Positions 30,169 through 39,265 of a DNA stretch of 64,000 nucleotides are shown here, in pieces. How positions within the stretch are numbered: the first letter of the stretch is position 1; every line of letters begins with the position of its first letter. This stretch comes from Candidatus Nomurabacteria bacterium RIFCSPHIGHO2_01_FULL_40_20 (GTDB lineage Bacteria; Patescibacteriota; Minisyncoccia; Phycocordibacterales; UBA9973), in assembly GCA_001786835.1 (NCBI GenBank), contig MFTO01000013.1, positions 1,002 through 65,001 of the forward strand, written 5' to 3'. Below the pieces are notes generated by a model, which saw only the letters and a program-made list of their open reading frames with translations, was not told the DNA's origin and did not search any database. Made by a program: the position numbers and the translations under genes.

Positions 30169-30477
30169 TTACTTCTTTGCCTTTAGTTCCTTTCGCTTTA
30201 TTGTAGGCTTCTTTTTTGGGAGTACATTTATCTTCTTACCTTCTATCGCTTTTTGGTGCACCAAGAAGTTGTGCATCGTATCGGACGGTTTTGCTCCTTT
30301 GGCAATCCAGTATTTCATTCTATCGGTCTTAAAGTCCGTGAGGCCGGCTTTTGGATTGTAAGTACCCAATATTTCCAAAAATTTCCCACTTTTTGTAGAG
30401 TTCTTTGAATCAGTCAAAACCGCCCGAAAAGCCGGGTCGTTTTTTCTGCCAATCCTCTGTAATCTTATTTTAAGCAT
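30169..30477 (-). CDS. rpsP: 30S ribosomal protein S16
   Basis: MLKIRLQRIGRKNDPAFRAVLTDSK...YNPKAG. Confidence 0.9.
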   Translation of the reverse strand: MLKIRLQRIGRKNDPAFRAVLTDSKNSTKSGKFLEILGTYNPKAGLTDFKTDRMKYWIAKGAKPSDTMHNFLVHQKAIEGKKINVLPKKKPTIKRKELKAKK

Positions 30478-30524
30478 AAGAACAATCTAGCATAGTCTAA
30501 AGAAAATGCAAACTAAAAAATTTA

Positions 30525-31451
30525 CTACTCGGATTGCATGCCGTAGCCAGAGGACTGTTCTCCATACCCATTTACTTTCTTAAATCCTTTTACCGTCTTC
30601 TGCCCTTCTACAGAATATTGTCCGGGAACATCATAAAAACCTTTTACGCTTTTTTGTCCTTCGACTTCATTGAAACCCTTTACATCATACTGTCCGTCCA
30701 CAGCATTGAAACCTTTTACACTATATTGACCAGAAACTTCATTAAATCCTTGAACATTATAAAATCCGGGAACTTCATTGAATCCCTTTATTTCATTAAA
30801 TCCGGTTACAACATAGAACCCAGTTACTTCATTGAAGCCGTTTACACTATAAAATCCGGGCACTTCAGTAAAGCCAACCACGGGATAACTGCCAATAACA
30901 TTGTAAAATCCGGTTACTTCGTTTTGTCCTATAACAGTATAAAATCCGGGAACAGTAATATCTCCATCCACAGGGTAACTGCCAGGAACAGTGATACTTC
31001 CGGGTACAGTGATATTTCCATTTACATTGTAATGACCAACAACCGTCTTACTACCCGGAACTATATAACTAGCATTCACGCTATATCCTCCAGGAATCGT
31101 ATAGCTTCCCGGAATAATATAAAAACCGTTTATCGCAATCATACCTGGTACTGTAATATTTCCGGGAATAATATAATGCGCATTTACAGCATAACTGCCG
31201 GGAACAAGGTACTGGCCGTTGATACTGTAAAAACCTGGAACAGGATAAAAGGCATAAATGTAATAAAATCCAGGTATTCCATAATCCGCATCAACTCCAT
31301 AAAATCCTGGCGTGCCATAACCATAACAGTCGCAGGAGTAATCATAAAAACACCCGCACGCTTCCGCTTTCGGCGCAAAGAGAGCAAAAGACACAAAGAC
31401 CATAAGGCCTATAACTGCCAATATCATTATATTTGACTTTTTTAATTTCAC
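30525..31451 (-). CDS. Secreted Cys/Tyr/Gly-rich protein with about 45 tandem hexapeptide repeats (consensus x-x-x-V-x-G)
   Basis: A signal peptide, then ACGCFYDYSCDCYGYG, then a run of HYIIPG NITVPG ... FNEVTG FYVVTG FNEIKG FNEVPG ... QKTVKG. The underlying DNA has 18-bp periodicity. Confidence 0.6.
   Translation of the reverse strand: MKLKKSNIMILAVIGLMVFVSFALFAPKAEACGCFYDYSCDCYGYGTPGFYGVDADYGIPGFYYIYAFYPVPGFYSINGQYLVPGSYAVNAHYIIPGNITVPGMIAINGFYIIPGSYTIPGGYSVNASYIVPGSKTVVGHYNVNGNITVPGSITVPGSYPVDGDITVPGFYTVIGQNEVTGFYNVIGSYPVVGFTEVPGFYSVNGFNEVTGFYVVTGFNEIKGFNEVPGFYNVQGFNEVSGQYSVKGFNAVDGQYDVKGFNEVEGQKSVKGFYDVPGQYSVEGQKTVKGFKKVNGYGEQSSGYGMQSE
30560..31300. repeat. Coding tandem repeat with 18-bp periodicity (hexapeptide units) inside the 30525..31451 CDS
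   Basis: The protein shows about 45 consecutive xxxVxG units. Confidence 0.7.
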
Positions 31452-31517
31452 CCTCTCACACTAGCATATTTTACCTCTTTTGTCAATAAGAGTTCTTTTA
31501 TGCTATAATGCAAGAGC

Positions 31518-33497
31518 ATGAAAGAAAAAAGGAGAATTCTAGAGGGCACCATATCTATAAACTCCAAAGGCGTGGGCTATGTGGACTTGGGAGAAGAAAA
31601 AAGGCAAGGCAAAAAGAATGACCGAAAGACTGATGTGGAAATCGATTTCAAGCATTTGAAAACCGCGCTTCATGGAGACACGGTGGAAATAGTCCTCCAT
31701 CCGAGGTCTGGGGAGAGGCGAACGGGCGAAGTAGCGCGAGTCATTTCCCGCGCCAAGAATCGTTTTGTGGGAGTCTTGGAAAAAGACCCCGCCTCCTTCG
31801 GGGCAAGCAATGGAATATTCTTTCTTAAGCCGGATGATACAAAAATGTATACCGATATTCTGGTTCCGGAAAGCAAGCTTCACGGCGCCAAACCAAACCA
31901 AAAAATATTTGTGGAAATTGTTTCTTGGCAGGACCCGCGAAAAGCGCCAGTCGGTAAAGTGCTTAAAATCTTGGGGCGCCCCGGCGAGAATGACACCGAG
32001 ATGCACGCTATTGCGATTGAGAAAGGTTTTGATAGTGTTTTGCCAGAAGAAATCGAAAAAGAAGCGCAAAAAATCAAACAAGCGGGTTTAAAAAAAGAAG
32101 ATTATAAAGATCGTCGTGACTTTCGAAAAACTTTAACCTTCACTATAGATCCGTCTGATGCTAAAGATTTTGATGACGCTATTTCTTTTAAAAAAATAAA
32201 CGGCGGACTTTTTGAAATAGGTATCCATATCGCCGATGTCACTCACTATGTAAAAAAAGGTGGCGCCATAGACCTTGAAGCGCGGGAGAGAGGCACTTCG
32301 GTTTATCTCGTTGACCGGACCATCCCGATGTTGCCGGAAGTCCTTTCCAACGACCTGTGTTCCTTGGTCCCAGATAAAGATCGCTTTACTATGAGCGCGG
32401 TATTTGAAATGAACCAAAACGGAGAAGTTTTAAAAGAGTGGTTTGGCAGAACTGTGATTCATTCCCAAAAACGTTTTAGTTACGAAGAAGCCGAAAAAAC
32501 AATCAAGAATAAAAATCTGGCCCTACACGAGGAACTTTCGATACTCAATAATATCGCTAGAAAATTAACTAAACGAAGATTTGATAGTGGCGCCATTTCG
32601 CTCGATCAAGAAGAAGTAAAGTTTATGCTGGGTGAAGGAGGCCGTCCGATTAAAGTCATTAAAAAAGTCCGTGGAGACTCAAACAAGCTGATAGAGGAAT
32701 TTATGTTGCTCGCCAACAAGCGGGTGGCCGAGCTTTTATCTAAAGGAACTCATCAAAAAGTAAAAAGTCCGGCAGATGAGGGAATATTTCTTTACCGAGT
32801 GCACGACGTGCCAAGCAAGGAAAAAATGGAGGAGCTTGCTCATTTTTTAAAAAGCTTGGGCTACAACTTAAAACAAAAAAATGGCATTATTGAAAATCAT
32901 GATTTAAACAAGCTCCTACATACTCTAGATGGCAAGCCGGAGCAAGACACCGTCTCCCGCGCTATCGTCCGCTCCATGGCTAAAGCCATTTATTCCACCA
33001 AAAATATCGGCCACTACGGACTTGCTTTTGAATTCTACACTCACTTCACTTCTCCGATCCGGCGCTACCCCGACATAGTGGTACATCGGCTCCTCCTCGA
33101 GCACCTGGCAAATCGCAAAATAAATCCGTCCCATTTTAAAGAATACGAACAAATTTCAAGAACGACTTCGGAACAGGAAAAACGCGCCGCCGAAGCCGAA
33201 CGCGCTTCTATCAAATACAAACAGGTGGAATATATGTCTACCCGCCTCGGAGAAAAGTTTGAGGGTGTGATTAGCGGAATCACCGAATGGGGCATGTATG
33301 TGGAAGAATTGGAAACCAAATGCGAAGGGTTGGTGCGCACGCGGGATATGGGGGATGATTTTTATATCTTCAATGAAAAAAAACTCGAGCTCGTCGGCCA
33401 AAAAACGAAACGAAAATACCGCTTTGGCGATAAGGTAAAAATAAAAGTAAAGGGAGTTGATTTGGAACGCAAAACAATAGATTATATATTGGCATGA
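31518..33497 (+). CDS. rnr: Ribonuclease R (RNB-family 3'-5' exoribonuclease with cold-shock and S1 domains)
   Basis: The RNB catalytic motif is present (DPSDAKDFDDAISF, YLVDRTIPMLP), with a C-terminal S1 domain (GVISGITEWGMYVEL). Confidence 0.9.
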   Translation: MKEKRRILEGTISINSKGVGYVDLGEEKRQGKKNDRKTDVEIDFKHLKTALHGDTVEIVLHPRSGERRTGEVARVISRAKNRFVGVLEKDPASFGASNGIFFLKPDDTKMYTDILVPESKLHGAKPNQKIFVEIVSWQDPRKAPVGKVLKILGRPGENDTEMHAIAIEKGFDSVLPEEIEKEAQKIKQAGLKKEDYKDRRDFRKTLTFTIDPSDAKDFDDAISFKKINGGLFEIGIHIADVTHYVKKGGAIDLEARERGTSVYLVDRTIPMLPEVLSNDLCSLVPDKDRFTMSAVFEMNQNGEVLKEWFGRTVIHSQKRFSYEEAEKTIKNKNLALHEELSILNNIARKLTKRRFDSGAISLDQEEVKFMLGEGGRPIKVIKKVRGDSNKLIEEFMLLANKRVAELLSKGTHQKVKSPADEGIFLYRVHDVPSKEKMEELAHFLKSLGYNLKQKNGIIENHDLNKLLHTLDGKPEQDTVSRAIVRSMAKAIYSTKNIGHYGLAFEFYTHFTSPIRRYPDIVVHRLLLEHLANRKINPSHFKEYEQISRTTSEQEKRAAEAERASIKYKQVEYMSTRLGEKFEGVISGITEWGMYVEELETKCEGLVRTRDMGDDFYIFNEKKLELVGQKTKRKYRFGDKVKIKVKGVDLERKTIDYILA

Positions 33498-35395
33498 GAA
33501 ACTTTTGGCAAAAAATAAAATTCGGCGCTTTTACACTTCTGGCTATCGTGTTGGGAGTTTTTGTCACTTCGTTCGCTTTCGACCATATAGAAAATTTAGC
33601 TTTTCAAAGTAAAGAACGCGCTGTGGCCGACACTCTAACTTTGGAAGAATTATCAAATACACCCGCTGAGATAAAAGAAGAAACACAAAAATATTTTTAT
33701 TTCACCAAAGACGAAGAAGCCAAACCGAAAGTCTCAGCCGAGGCTTACATCGTCGGTGACCTGAATACTGGAGAGGTAATCGTAGCAAAGAACGCAGACC
33801 AAAAGTTCCCCATTGCTTCTGTCTCTAAGCTCATGACCGCGCTGGTCTCCAAAGAACTCGCAAACGAGGATGACACTGCAAAAGTGAGCGCAAGCGCGCT
33901 CTCTACCTATGGCGAGAACGGCGGACTTCACGCGGGAGAGAAAATCAAAATAAAAGACCTCTTTTATCCCCTGCTACTTGAGTCTTCAAACGACGCTGCT
34001 GAAATTTTGGCAGAATTTTTTGGACGCGAGATTTTCATCCGAAAATTAAACCAACAATCTTTAAAACTAAAAATGAATTCTACATCATTCTTTGACCCGA
34101 GTGGGCTCTCTAGGGAAAATCAATCCACTGTCTCTGATTTATTTAAATTATCTGGTCATCTGTATCAAAACGAATCAGAACTCCTTTCTATCAGTAAAAC
34201 CAAAAGCTACGATAACAAAAAACACATCTGGTTTAGCATCAACCAATTCTTGCATAAAAAAAATTATGTCGGAGGAAAAAGCGGATTCACTGACCCAGCC
34301 GGGCAAACGGTCATATCTATTTTTGATATGCCCTTGGCAGAAGAAACTACTCGACCTATAGGTATAGTATTGCTTAAGAGCCAAGACCGTGTCCGCGATG
34401 TGGAAAATATTTTAAATTATCTAACAAAATATGTTTACTACGGAGGACGCACGGACGCCACCGCAGACTGGATAGCAGAGCGCCTCGACATCGGAGACTT
34501 GCGAGAACCGGATTATGCGCGACTCTCTTTCTTGGGCGATATGATGCTTGATCGAGGAGTGCGAAGTTCTGTCGCTAAAAATTTCGCCGGCAATTATTCC
34601 GCTCTTTTTGATAATATGGAAATTTTAAAAAACTCTGACATAGTATTTGCCAATCTTGAAGGTCCGGCGTCAGATAAAGGCGAGGATCAAAAAAATCTTT
34701 ACTCCTTCCGTATGGACCCGTCCGTTATACCGGCTATCAAGGGTGGAGGGGTAAGTATTGTAAATGTGACAAACAATCACGTGGGTGACTGGGGTCGCGA
34801 GGCATATGCGGATACTCTGGCGCGCCTAAAAGAAAATGAAATTCTCTACACCGGCGGAGGCACAAAGGCGCAAGCAGAAGCTCCGACAATTGTAGAAAAA
34901 AATGGATTAAAAATCGGTTACTTAGGATTTTCAGATGTAGGTCCAAATGGAATGGTAGCCAGAGAGGATGAGGCAGGAGTGCTACTTGCGAATAATCCGC
35001 GTTTTGAAGAAATTATAAAGAGCGCGTCGGAACAAGTGGACTTTTTAGTAGTCTCCTTCCACTTCGGTGAAGAATATAAAAATACTCACAACGACCGCCA
35101 AGAATATCTCGCTCACACTGCGATAGATAATGGCGCCCGCATCATCGTCGGCCATCATCCGCATGTTATGCAAGATACCGAAGTTTATAAAAACGGATTT
35201 ATTATTTATTCACTCGGCAACTTTATCTTTGACCAACGCTTCTCGCCGGAGACATCAAAAGGGACACTATATGAAATCGAAGTCCGGCAAGACGGCTCCA
35301 TGACAGAGAAGAAAAATATTATAGAAACCAACCGCGTCTTTCAGCCGGAGAAAGTAATCAAGGGTAAAGAGGAGGTTATAAAATTTACTCAATAG
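33494..35395 (+). CDS. Fusion of a D-alanyl-D-alanine carboxypeptidase (serine-type PBP, S11) with a CapA/PGA_cap metallophosphatase-like domain
   Basis: The N-terminal half has SVSKLMT (SxxK), SGN-like, and KSGFT (KTG). The C-terminal half (ANLEGPAS..., VSFHFGEEY, GHHPHVMQD, SLGNFIFDQ) matches CapA capsule-synthesis family proteins. Confidence 0.75.
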   Translation: MRNFWQKIKFGAFTLLAIVLGVFVTSFAFDHIENLAFQSKERAVADTLTLEELSNTPAEIKEETQKYFYFTKDEEAKPKVSAEAYIVGDLNTGEVIVAKNADQKFPIASVSKLMTALVSKELANEDDTAKVSASALSTYGENGGLHAGEKIKIKDLFYPLLLESSNDAAEILAEFFGREIFIRKLNQQSLKLKMNSTSFFDPSGLSRENQSTVSDLFKLSGHLYQNESELLSISKTKSYDNKKHIWFSINQFLHKKNYVGGKSGFTDPAGQTVISIFDMPLAEETTRPIGIVLLKSQDRVRDVENILNYLTKYVYYGGRTDATADWIAERLDIGDLREPDYARLSFLGDMMLDRGVRSSVAKNFAGNYSALFDNMEILKNSDIVFANLEGPASDKGEDQKNLYSFRMDPSVIPAIKGGGVSIVNVTNNHVGDWGREAYADTLARLKENEILYTGGGTKAQAEAPTIVEKNGLKIGYLGFSDVGPNGMVAREDEAGVLLANNPRFEEIIKSASEQVDFLVVSFHFGEEYKNTHNDRQEYLAHTAIDNGARIIVGHHPHVMQDTEVYKNGFIIYSLGNFIFDQRFSPETSKGTLYEIEVRQDGSMTEKKNIIETNRVFQPEKVIKGKEEVIKFTQ

Positions 35396-35417
35396 ATCTT
35401 CTTGGTTTTTAAAATCC

Positions 35418-36002
35418 TTAGAGTGGTTTAAAAAGTTTTTCTAATTCTTTTCTCTTACTTGGGTCGAGCTTAGCTTCATAAAGATTTTTTACAATCTCAA
35501 CTTCGGCAAAATTCTTTTCCATTCCTATCTCGAGGAATTCATCGAAGGTAACCGGAAACAATTCTATCTTCTCTCCTGCATCGAGACTCAGCTCGGCCAC
35601 TTTTTTCAAACCTTTGGCGATAAAAGTGTAGATGACCCAATCAATTTTACTAGTGACGTGTTGCGCATCCCACAGGATAAATTCCTCGGCTTCATACCCA
35701 CTCTCTTCTAAAAGTTCACGCCGGGCCGCAGAGAGTATATCTTCACCTTTGTCCACCTGCCCCCCGGTAGCGCCGATGAAAGGCTCTTTACTGGGTTGCT
35801 CTTGCTTGGTCAAAATTATTTTTCCATCGGCAAGTACTGGAAAAACCACTACCGTATCCGGCCTTTTTAATTTTTCAAAAATAGCCATAGAGCCGTCAAA
35901 CATCTTCTGCTCCCATTGATATACATCAAATAAAATACCTTGAAAGACGCGCTTGGCATGCTCTGGAATTGGTTGTTTAGACTCCGGTCTTTTGATTTCC
36001 AT
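35418..36002 (-). CDS. NUDIX hydrolase (ADP-ribose pyrophosphatase-like)
   Basis: The Nudix box GGQVDKGEDILSAARRELLEESGY. Confidence 0.8.
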   Translation of the reverse strand: MEIKRPESKQPIPEHAKRVFQGILFDVYQWEQKMFDGSMAIFEKLKRPDTVVVFPVLADGKIILTKQEQPSKEPFIGATGGQVDKGEDILSAARRELLEESGYEAEEFILWDAQHVTSKIDWVIYTFIAKGLKKVAELSLDAGEKIELFPVTFDEFLEIGMEKNFAEVEIVKNLYEAKLDPSKRKELEKLFKPL

Positions 36003-36029
36003 CCCCTTTAGTATAGCAAAAATCGTAAG

Positions 36030-36093
36030 TTAAAATCTATTCTCTTATTCGCACGAATTAGAGAAGGTGGTCAGCTCTAGAGTTAGCTCTAGA
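36030..36093. repeat. Dispersed intergenic repeat, copy 1. It contains a 12-2-12 palindrome TTCTCTTATTCG-CA-CGAATTAGAGAA and a tandem AGCTCTAGAGTT hairpin, located upstream (on the minus strand) of the Nudix gene's -10.
   Basis: Read directly. Related copies are at 36646-36672, 36974-37030 and 39707-39740, and the AGCTCTAGAG unit alone at 58927-58952. Confidence 0.8.
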
Positions 36094-36094
36094 G

Positions 36095-36619
36095 TTATAA
36101 TTTCTCTTTTTTCATATCCACTTGCCAAATACCCATGAGAATTGAACTCATGACAAAAACCTCAGTAACTATGCCGGGATATGAAACCATAACAATACTG
36201 TATACAAACCACAAACCGGAGCCAACAAGCGAGAAAATTCTAATCAAAAAAGGATTGTCTCTCCATCTAGCGTAAGTACCCACAACAATCCCAAAAAATG
36301 GAAGAAGGCTAATCAACCCCTGCCAGGACAAAGAGAGAAGAACTCCTGCAAAAAGTATAAAAACAACAACCCACCACGGCGAGGATGCCCAACGTTTCTT
36401 ATCTTTCTTTTCAAATACAAAATTGCGCACTCCAGCAACAATGTTCATGGTAGCTCCAGTAAAAGCACCGAGCATTGCAAAGTGCACGGTAAAGAAAATT
36501 GTCGAGAACATCTGCTTTTTGAGTATTTGCGTTCTCGTTTTCCCTTGAAAGGAGAGAATAATGAAAACAAGGCCGATAAATCCTAAGCCTTGAGTAATCC
36601 AAAATGTCATGTCCCCCAT
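36095..36619 (-). CDS. Hypothetical 5-6 TM membrane protein (YgjV/PnuC-like topology; the family call is weak)
   Basis: Hydrophobic helices throughout. It sits in a cluster of nucleotide-pyrophosphatase genes. Confidence 0.4.
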   Translation of the reverse strand: MGDMTFWITQGLGFIGLVFIILSFQGKTRTQILKKQMFSTIFFTVHFAMLGAFTGATMNIVAGVRNFVFEKKDKKRWASSPWWVVVFILFAGVLLSLSWQGLISLLPFFGIVVGTYARWRDNPFLIRIFSLVGSGLWFVYSIVMVSYPGIVTEVFVMSSILMGIWQVDMKKEKL

Positions 36620-36690
36620 CGTTTTAGTATAGCAAAATACTTAAGATTAAAAACCATTCTCTTATTCGTGCGAATTAGAGAAGGTTAGGG

Positions 36691-36957
36691 TCAAAGAGAG
36701 TCAATGATCTCTTTGACGAGCGAATTGGGTTTAGAAAATAAACTATAAAATTTTACCAAGCTTACTTGGTCCGCTTCTATAATCTCCGCATTAGATAAAA
36801 TCAAGAGGTGTTTTGAGGTGGATTTAAAAGAAAGCTTTATGGCATCCGCAACCTCTCCCACTGACTGCTCTTTGTTTTTCTTCAAAAATTTTAAAATAGC
36901 TAGCCGGCGTCGATTGGCAAACGCTTTGAATATTTTTTCTAAATCTTTTTCTTGCAT
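36691..36957 (-). CDS. ArsR/SmtB-family winged-helix transcriptional regulator
   Basis: FKAFANRRRLAILKFLKK..EQSVGEVADAIKLSFKSTSKHLLILSNAEII is the ArsR HTH signature. A 12-2-12 palindrome lies upstream. Confidence 0.7.
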   Translation of the reverse strand: MQEKDLEKIFKAFANRRRLAILKFLKKNKEQSVGEVADAIKLSFKSTSKHLLILSNAEIIEADQVSLVKFYSLFSKPNSLVKEIIDSL

Positions 36958-36973
36958 AAATCTTATTTTACCA

Positions 36974-37030
36974 CCATTCTCTTATTCGTGCGAATTAGAG
37001 AAGGTGGTCAGCTCTAGAGTTAGCTCTAGA
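36974..37030. repeat. Dispersed intergenic repeat, copy 3, upstream of the ArsR-family gene: TTCTCTTATTCG-TG-CGAATTAGAGAA plus AGCTCTAGAGTTAGCTCTAGAGCT
   Basis: Read directly. Confidence 0.8.
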
Positions 37031-37568
37031 GCTGGTACTCCCAGCCGGGTTGCCAGGATTTGGTTTTGCGCCAGTCTTCGGCTAGGGCTTGTTCCCAAGT
37101 TTTACCTTTAAGTAGCACGTCTAGGGATAATTGCGGAGCTTTGTGAGCAACTATAGCCACATGTTTGCCGTCATAATTTTCTTTTAGAAATTTCAAAAAG
37201 TCTGCCATTCTTGCCTTCACATCTTCATAACTTTCCCCGCCCGGAAATTTATTGTAAATACATTCCTCTTCTTGCATCGGCTCCACCACCAAAGACGACG
37301 CGCCATTTAATTTTCCATAGTCGCATTCACGCAGTCTCTTGTCAGAGATAATTTCATATTTGTCTCCAAACGCAAGATGCGCCGAATCCACCGCCCGTTT
37401 CAAATCCGAGCAAAAAACCACATCAAAATTTTTATCAGCTACAAGATCGCCGAGTTCTTTTGATTGTTTTATTCCTAACTCCGACAACTCCCCCGGCAAT
37501 CCGCCAGTAGAAATATGCTCTTCATTGTCCGTCGTCGTCCCGTGTACAAAATATGTGATTTGAATCAT
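37026..37568 (-). CDS. Histidine-phosphatase superfamily protein (phosphoglycerate-mutase-like) with VHG replacing the canonical RHG
   Basis: IQITYFVHGTTTDN, ...FCSDLKRAVDSA... and ...IVAHKAPQ. Confidence 0.65.
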   Translation of the reverse strand: MIQITYFVHGTTTDNEEHISTGGLPGELSELGIKQSKELGDLVADKNFDVVFCSDLKRAVDSAHLAFGDKYEIISDKRLRECDYGKLNGASSLVVEPMQEEECIYNKFPGGESYEDVKARMADFLKFLKENYDGKHVAIVAHKAPQLSLDVLLKGKTWEQALAEDWRKTKSWQPGWEYQL

Positions 37569-37587
37569 GGGTTTAGTATAGCAAAAG

Positions 37588-37983
37588 TTATTTCTGATAA
37601 TTAAATTTTCCCGTTAATAATTTATAAACAAAAACGACACCAACGATGGTTATGATTACTCCTGTTATCAAACCTGGGTAATATGATTGAGTTTTTAGGG
37701 CTTCGTATACATGGGAAAATTCATAAAGAGATATAATCGAAAAAATCAATGATAAAATAAAGGGTATTCTTTTTTTAGATAAAACAAGAACCAACAAAAC
37801 CGCCAAAAATAAAAACAACGCTATCTGTATGAGTGAAAAAGTAATTTGTTGGTCTAGATTAAAATATTTACTCAAATGCAAAACGGATAAATCTATACTT
37901 GCAAAATCGGTAAATATTTCTTCTAAAAAATGAACTACAAAAAGTGGAACTAGCACGTGAACAAAACTCTCAACTCTTTTCAT
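37588..37983 (-). CDS. Hypothetical 4-TM membrane protein
   Basis: Hydrophobic throughout. A leaderless-type promoter (TTTTGCTATACTAAAG) lies upstream. Confidence 0.4.
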   Translation of the reverse strand: MKRVESFVHVLVPLFVVHFLEEIFTDFASIDLSVLHLSKYFNLDQQITFSLIQIALFLFLAVLLVLVLSKKRIPFILSLIFSIISLYEFSHVYEALKTQSYYPGLITGVIITIVGVVFVYKLLTGKFNYQK

Positions 37984-38080
37984 ACCTTTAGTATAGCAAA
38001 ATATAAGATAGAAAAAGCAAAACCATGCTAGCTTGATTTGTTCGTGCCTTAATGTTAGTTTAAAGAAAAATCATGTACTT

Positions 38081-38566
38081 ATGAAAACGATAAACATAAC
38101 ATCAGGGTCAAAAGACCCTATCGCCTATATCTTAAGTAACTTAGCCCATACACCCTTCTCCTACGGCGGATACACTTTCAAATGCGTTGAAGCTCCGCTT
38201 CAAGGTATAAAAATTGAAAACAAGGTAGAGAGGGAAAGAGTATTTGCTATGGACGGACTAAGCGCGCTTAAAATCGGCAGAAAGATTACGCGGGCAGTAA
38301 AGGACGGTGAAGAAAGATTTGTATATTGGGAGGGAAAGAAAATTCCATATAACTCTCAAGACCACAGATTGCTCATTGTATCTTTTATCGGAGAAAAAGT
38401 TCGACAAAATCCTGAAGTTCAAAAAGCGTTGATAGAAACAAAAGATAAATTCATCTACCACGATGTTGGACCTGAGCATCCAAAAACTTCTTTGCCGGAA
38501 AAACTCTTTATAGAAATTCTGCTTGCAAAAAGAAAAATTCTTTTAAAATTGAAAAATCTAAAATGA
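38081..38566 (+). CDS. NADAR (DUF1768, YbiA-like) domain protein. The track start is 38033, but the likely start is MKTINITSG at 38081.
   Basis: INITSGSKDPIAYILSNLAHTPFSYGGYTFKCVEAPLQGIK follows the NADAR N-terminal pattern (..F....d....LSNF...PF...G..F.svEhyfQa.K). Confidence 0.55.
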   Translation: MKTINITSGSKDPIAYILSNLAHTPFSYGGYTFKCVEAPLQGIKIENKVERERVFAMDGLSALKIGRKITRAVKDGEERFVYWEGKKIPYNSQDHRLLIVSFIGEKVRQNPEVQKALIETKDKFIYHDVGPEHPKTSLPEKLFIEILLAKRKILLKLKNLK

Positions 38567-38572
38567 AGCGCT

Positions 38573-38863
38573 ATGGAAAAATCATTTTTTGAATACTATT
38601 GCAATGTCACAGAAAACATAGTTTTTGCCCAACTTGATGCAGAAATAAAAGAACAAAAAGTCATCACATTAAAAGAATGTGCAAAAACTCTACGACAGCA
38701 AATGCTTCTTCTTAGAAAAGAATTAAAAAACGAGGAGGAAAAAAATGTACTAGTTAAAAATCAAGCAGTAATCTTTAAAAGATATAAAGAGCACTTGATA
38801 AAAAAAATAATCCGCAACTCAATACAAAAAGAATTGAAGAACAGGGGGAAGTTAAAAAAATAA
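38573..38863 (+). CDS. Hypothetical basic coiled-coil protein
   Basis: A 96-aa K/E-rich ORF, 7 nt after the NADAR gene. Confidence 0.35.
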   Translation: MEKSFFEYYCNVTENIVFAQLDAEIKEQKVITLKECAKTLRQQMLLLRKELKNEEEKNVLVKNQAVIFKRYKEHLIKKIIRNSIQKELKNRGKLKK

Positions 38864-38926
38864 CTTCCTTTTTTTATTTCTTCCAATCCGCAACCACCAG
38901 CTTTTTGCCGGAGGAGTTTGCATGAG

Positions 38927-39265
38927 TTACTTTTTAGCAAATCTGTCTTTATCTCGACTCTTGGACTTAGCGATTACTTTCTCTATTTCAATATCCAGGT
39001 CTATGCCATGGCTATTAGCCATACAGATTAGAGTAAACATTACATCCGCAATTTCTTCGCCGAGCTCTTGCTTCTCTTCGTTTGATTTCTTTGGCTTAGA
39101 ACCATACATATGGTTTAAAATTCTTCCCACTTCCCCCACCTCTTCAGCTAAATGGGCAAACTGCGAAAGCGCCGGCCAGTATGGTTCTTCAAAACCTTTC
39201 ACCCACTCATCTATTTCTTTTTGATACTTTTTCATATTTCTAGTATACCAAAATTTACATATCAC
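38927..39265 (-). CDS. MazG-like nucleotide pyrophosphohydrolase
   Basis: LAEEVGEVGRILNH...ELGEEIADVMFTLICMANSHGIDL is the EExxE...EExxD MazG motif pair. Confidence 0.7.
   Translation of the reverse strand: MICKFWYTRNMKKYQKEIDEWVKGFEEPYWPALSQFAHLAEEVGEVGRILNHMYGSKPKKSNEEKQELGEEIADVMFTLICMANSHGIDLDIEIEKVIAKSKSRDKDRFAKK

Noticed and set aside
30534-31436. Plus-strand 300-aa ORF
   Set aside because: It is an antisense reading of the hexapeptide-repeat gene. It has repetitive S/I/N-rich translation and no start context, while the minus-strand frame has a signal peptide and coherent repeats.
38573-38863. A DarT-like toxin partner for the NADAR gene
   Set aside because: The adjacent ORF is 96 aa and coiled-coil-like, far shorter than DarT and without its motifs.
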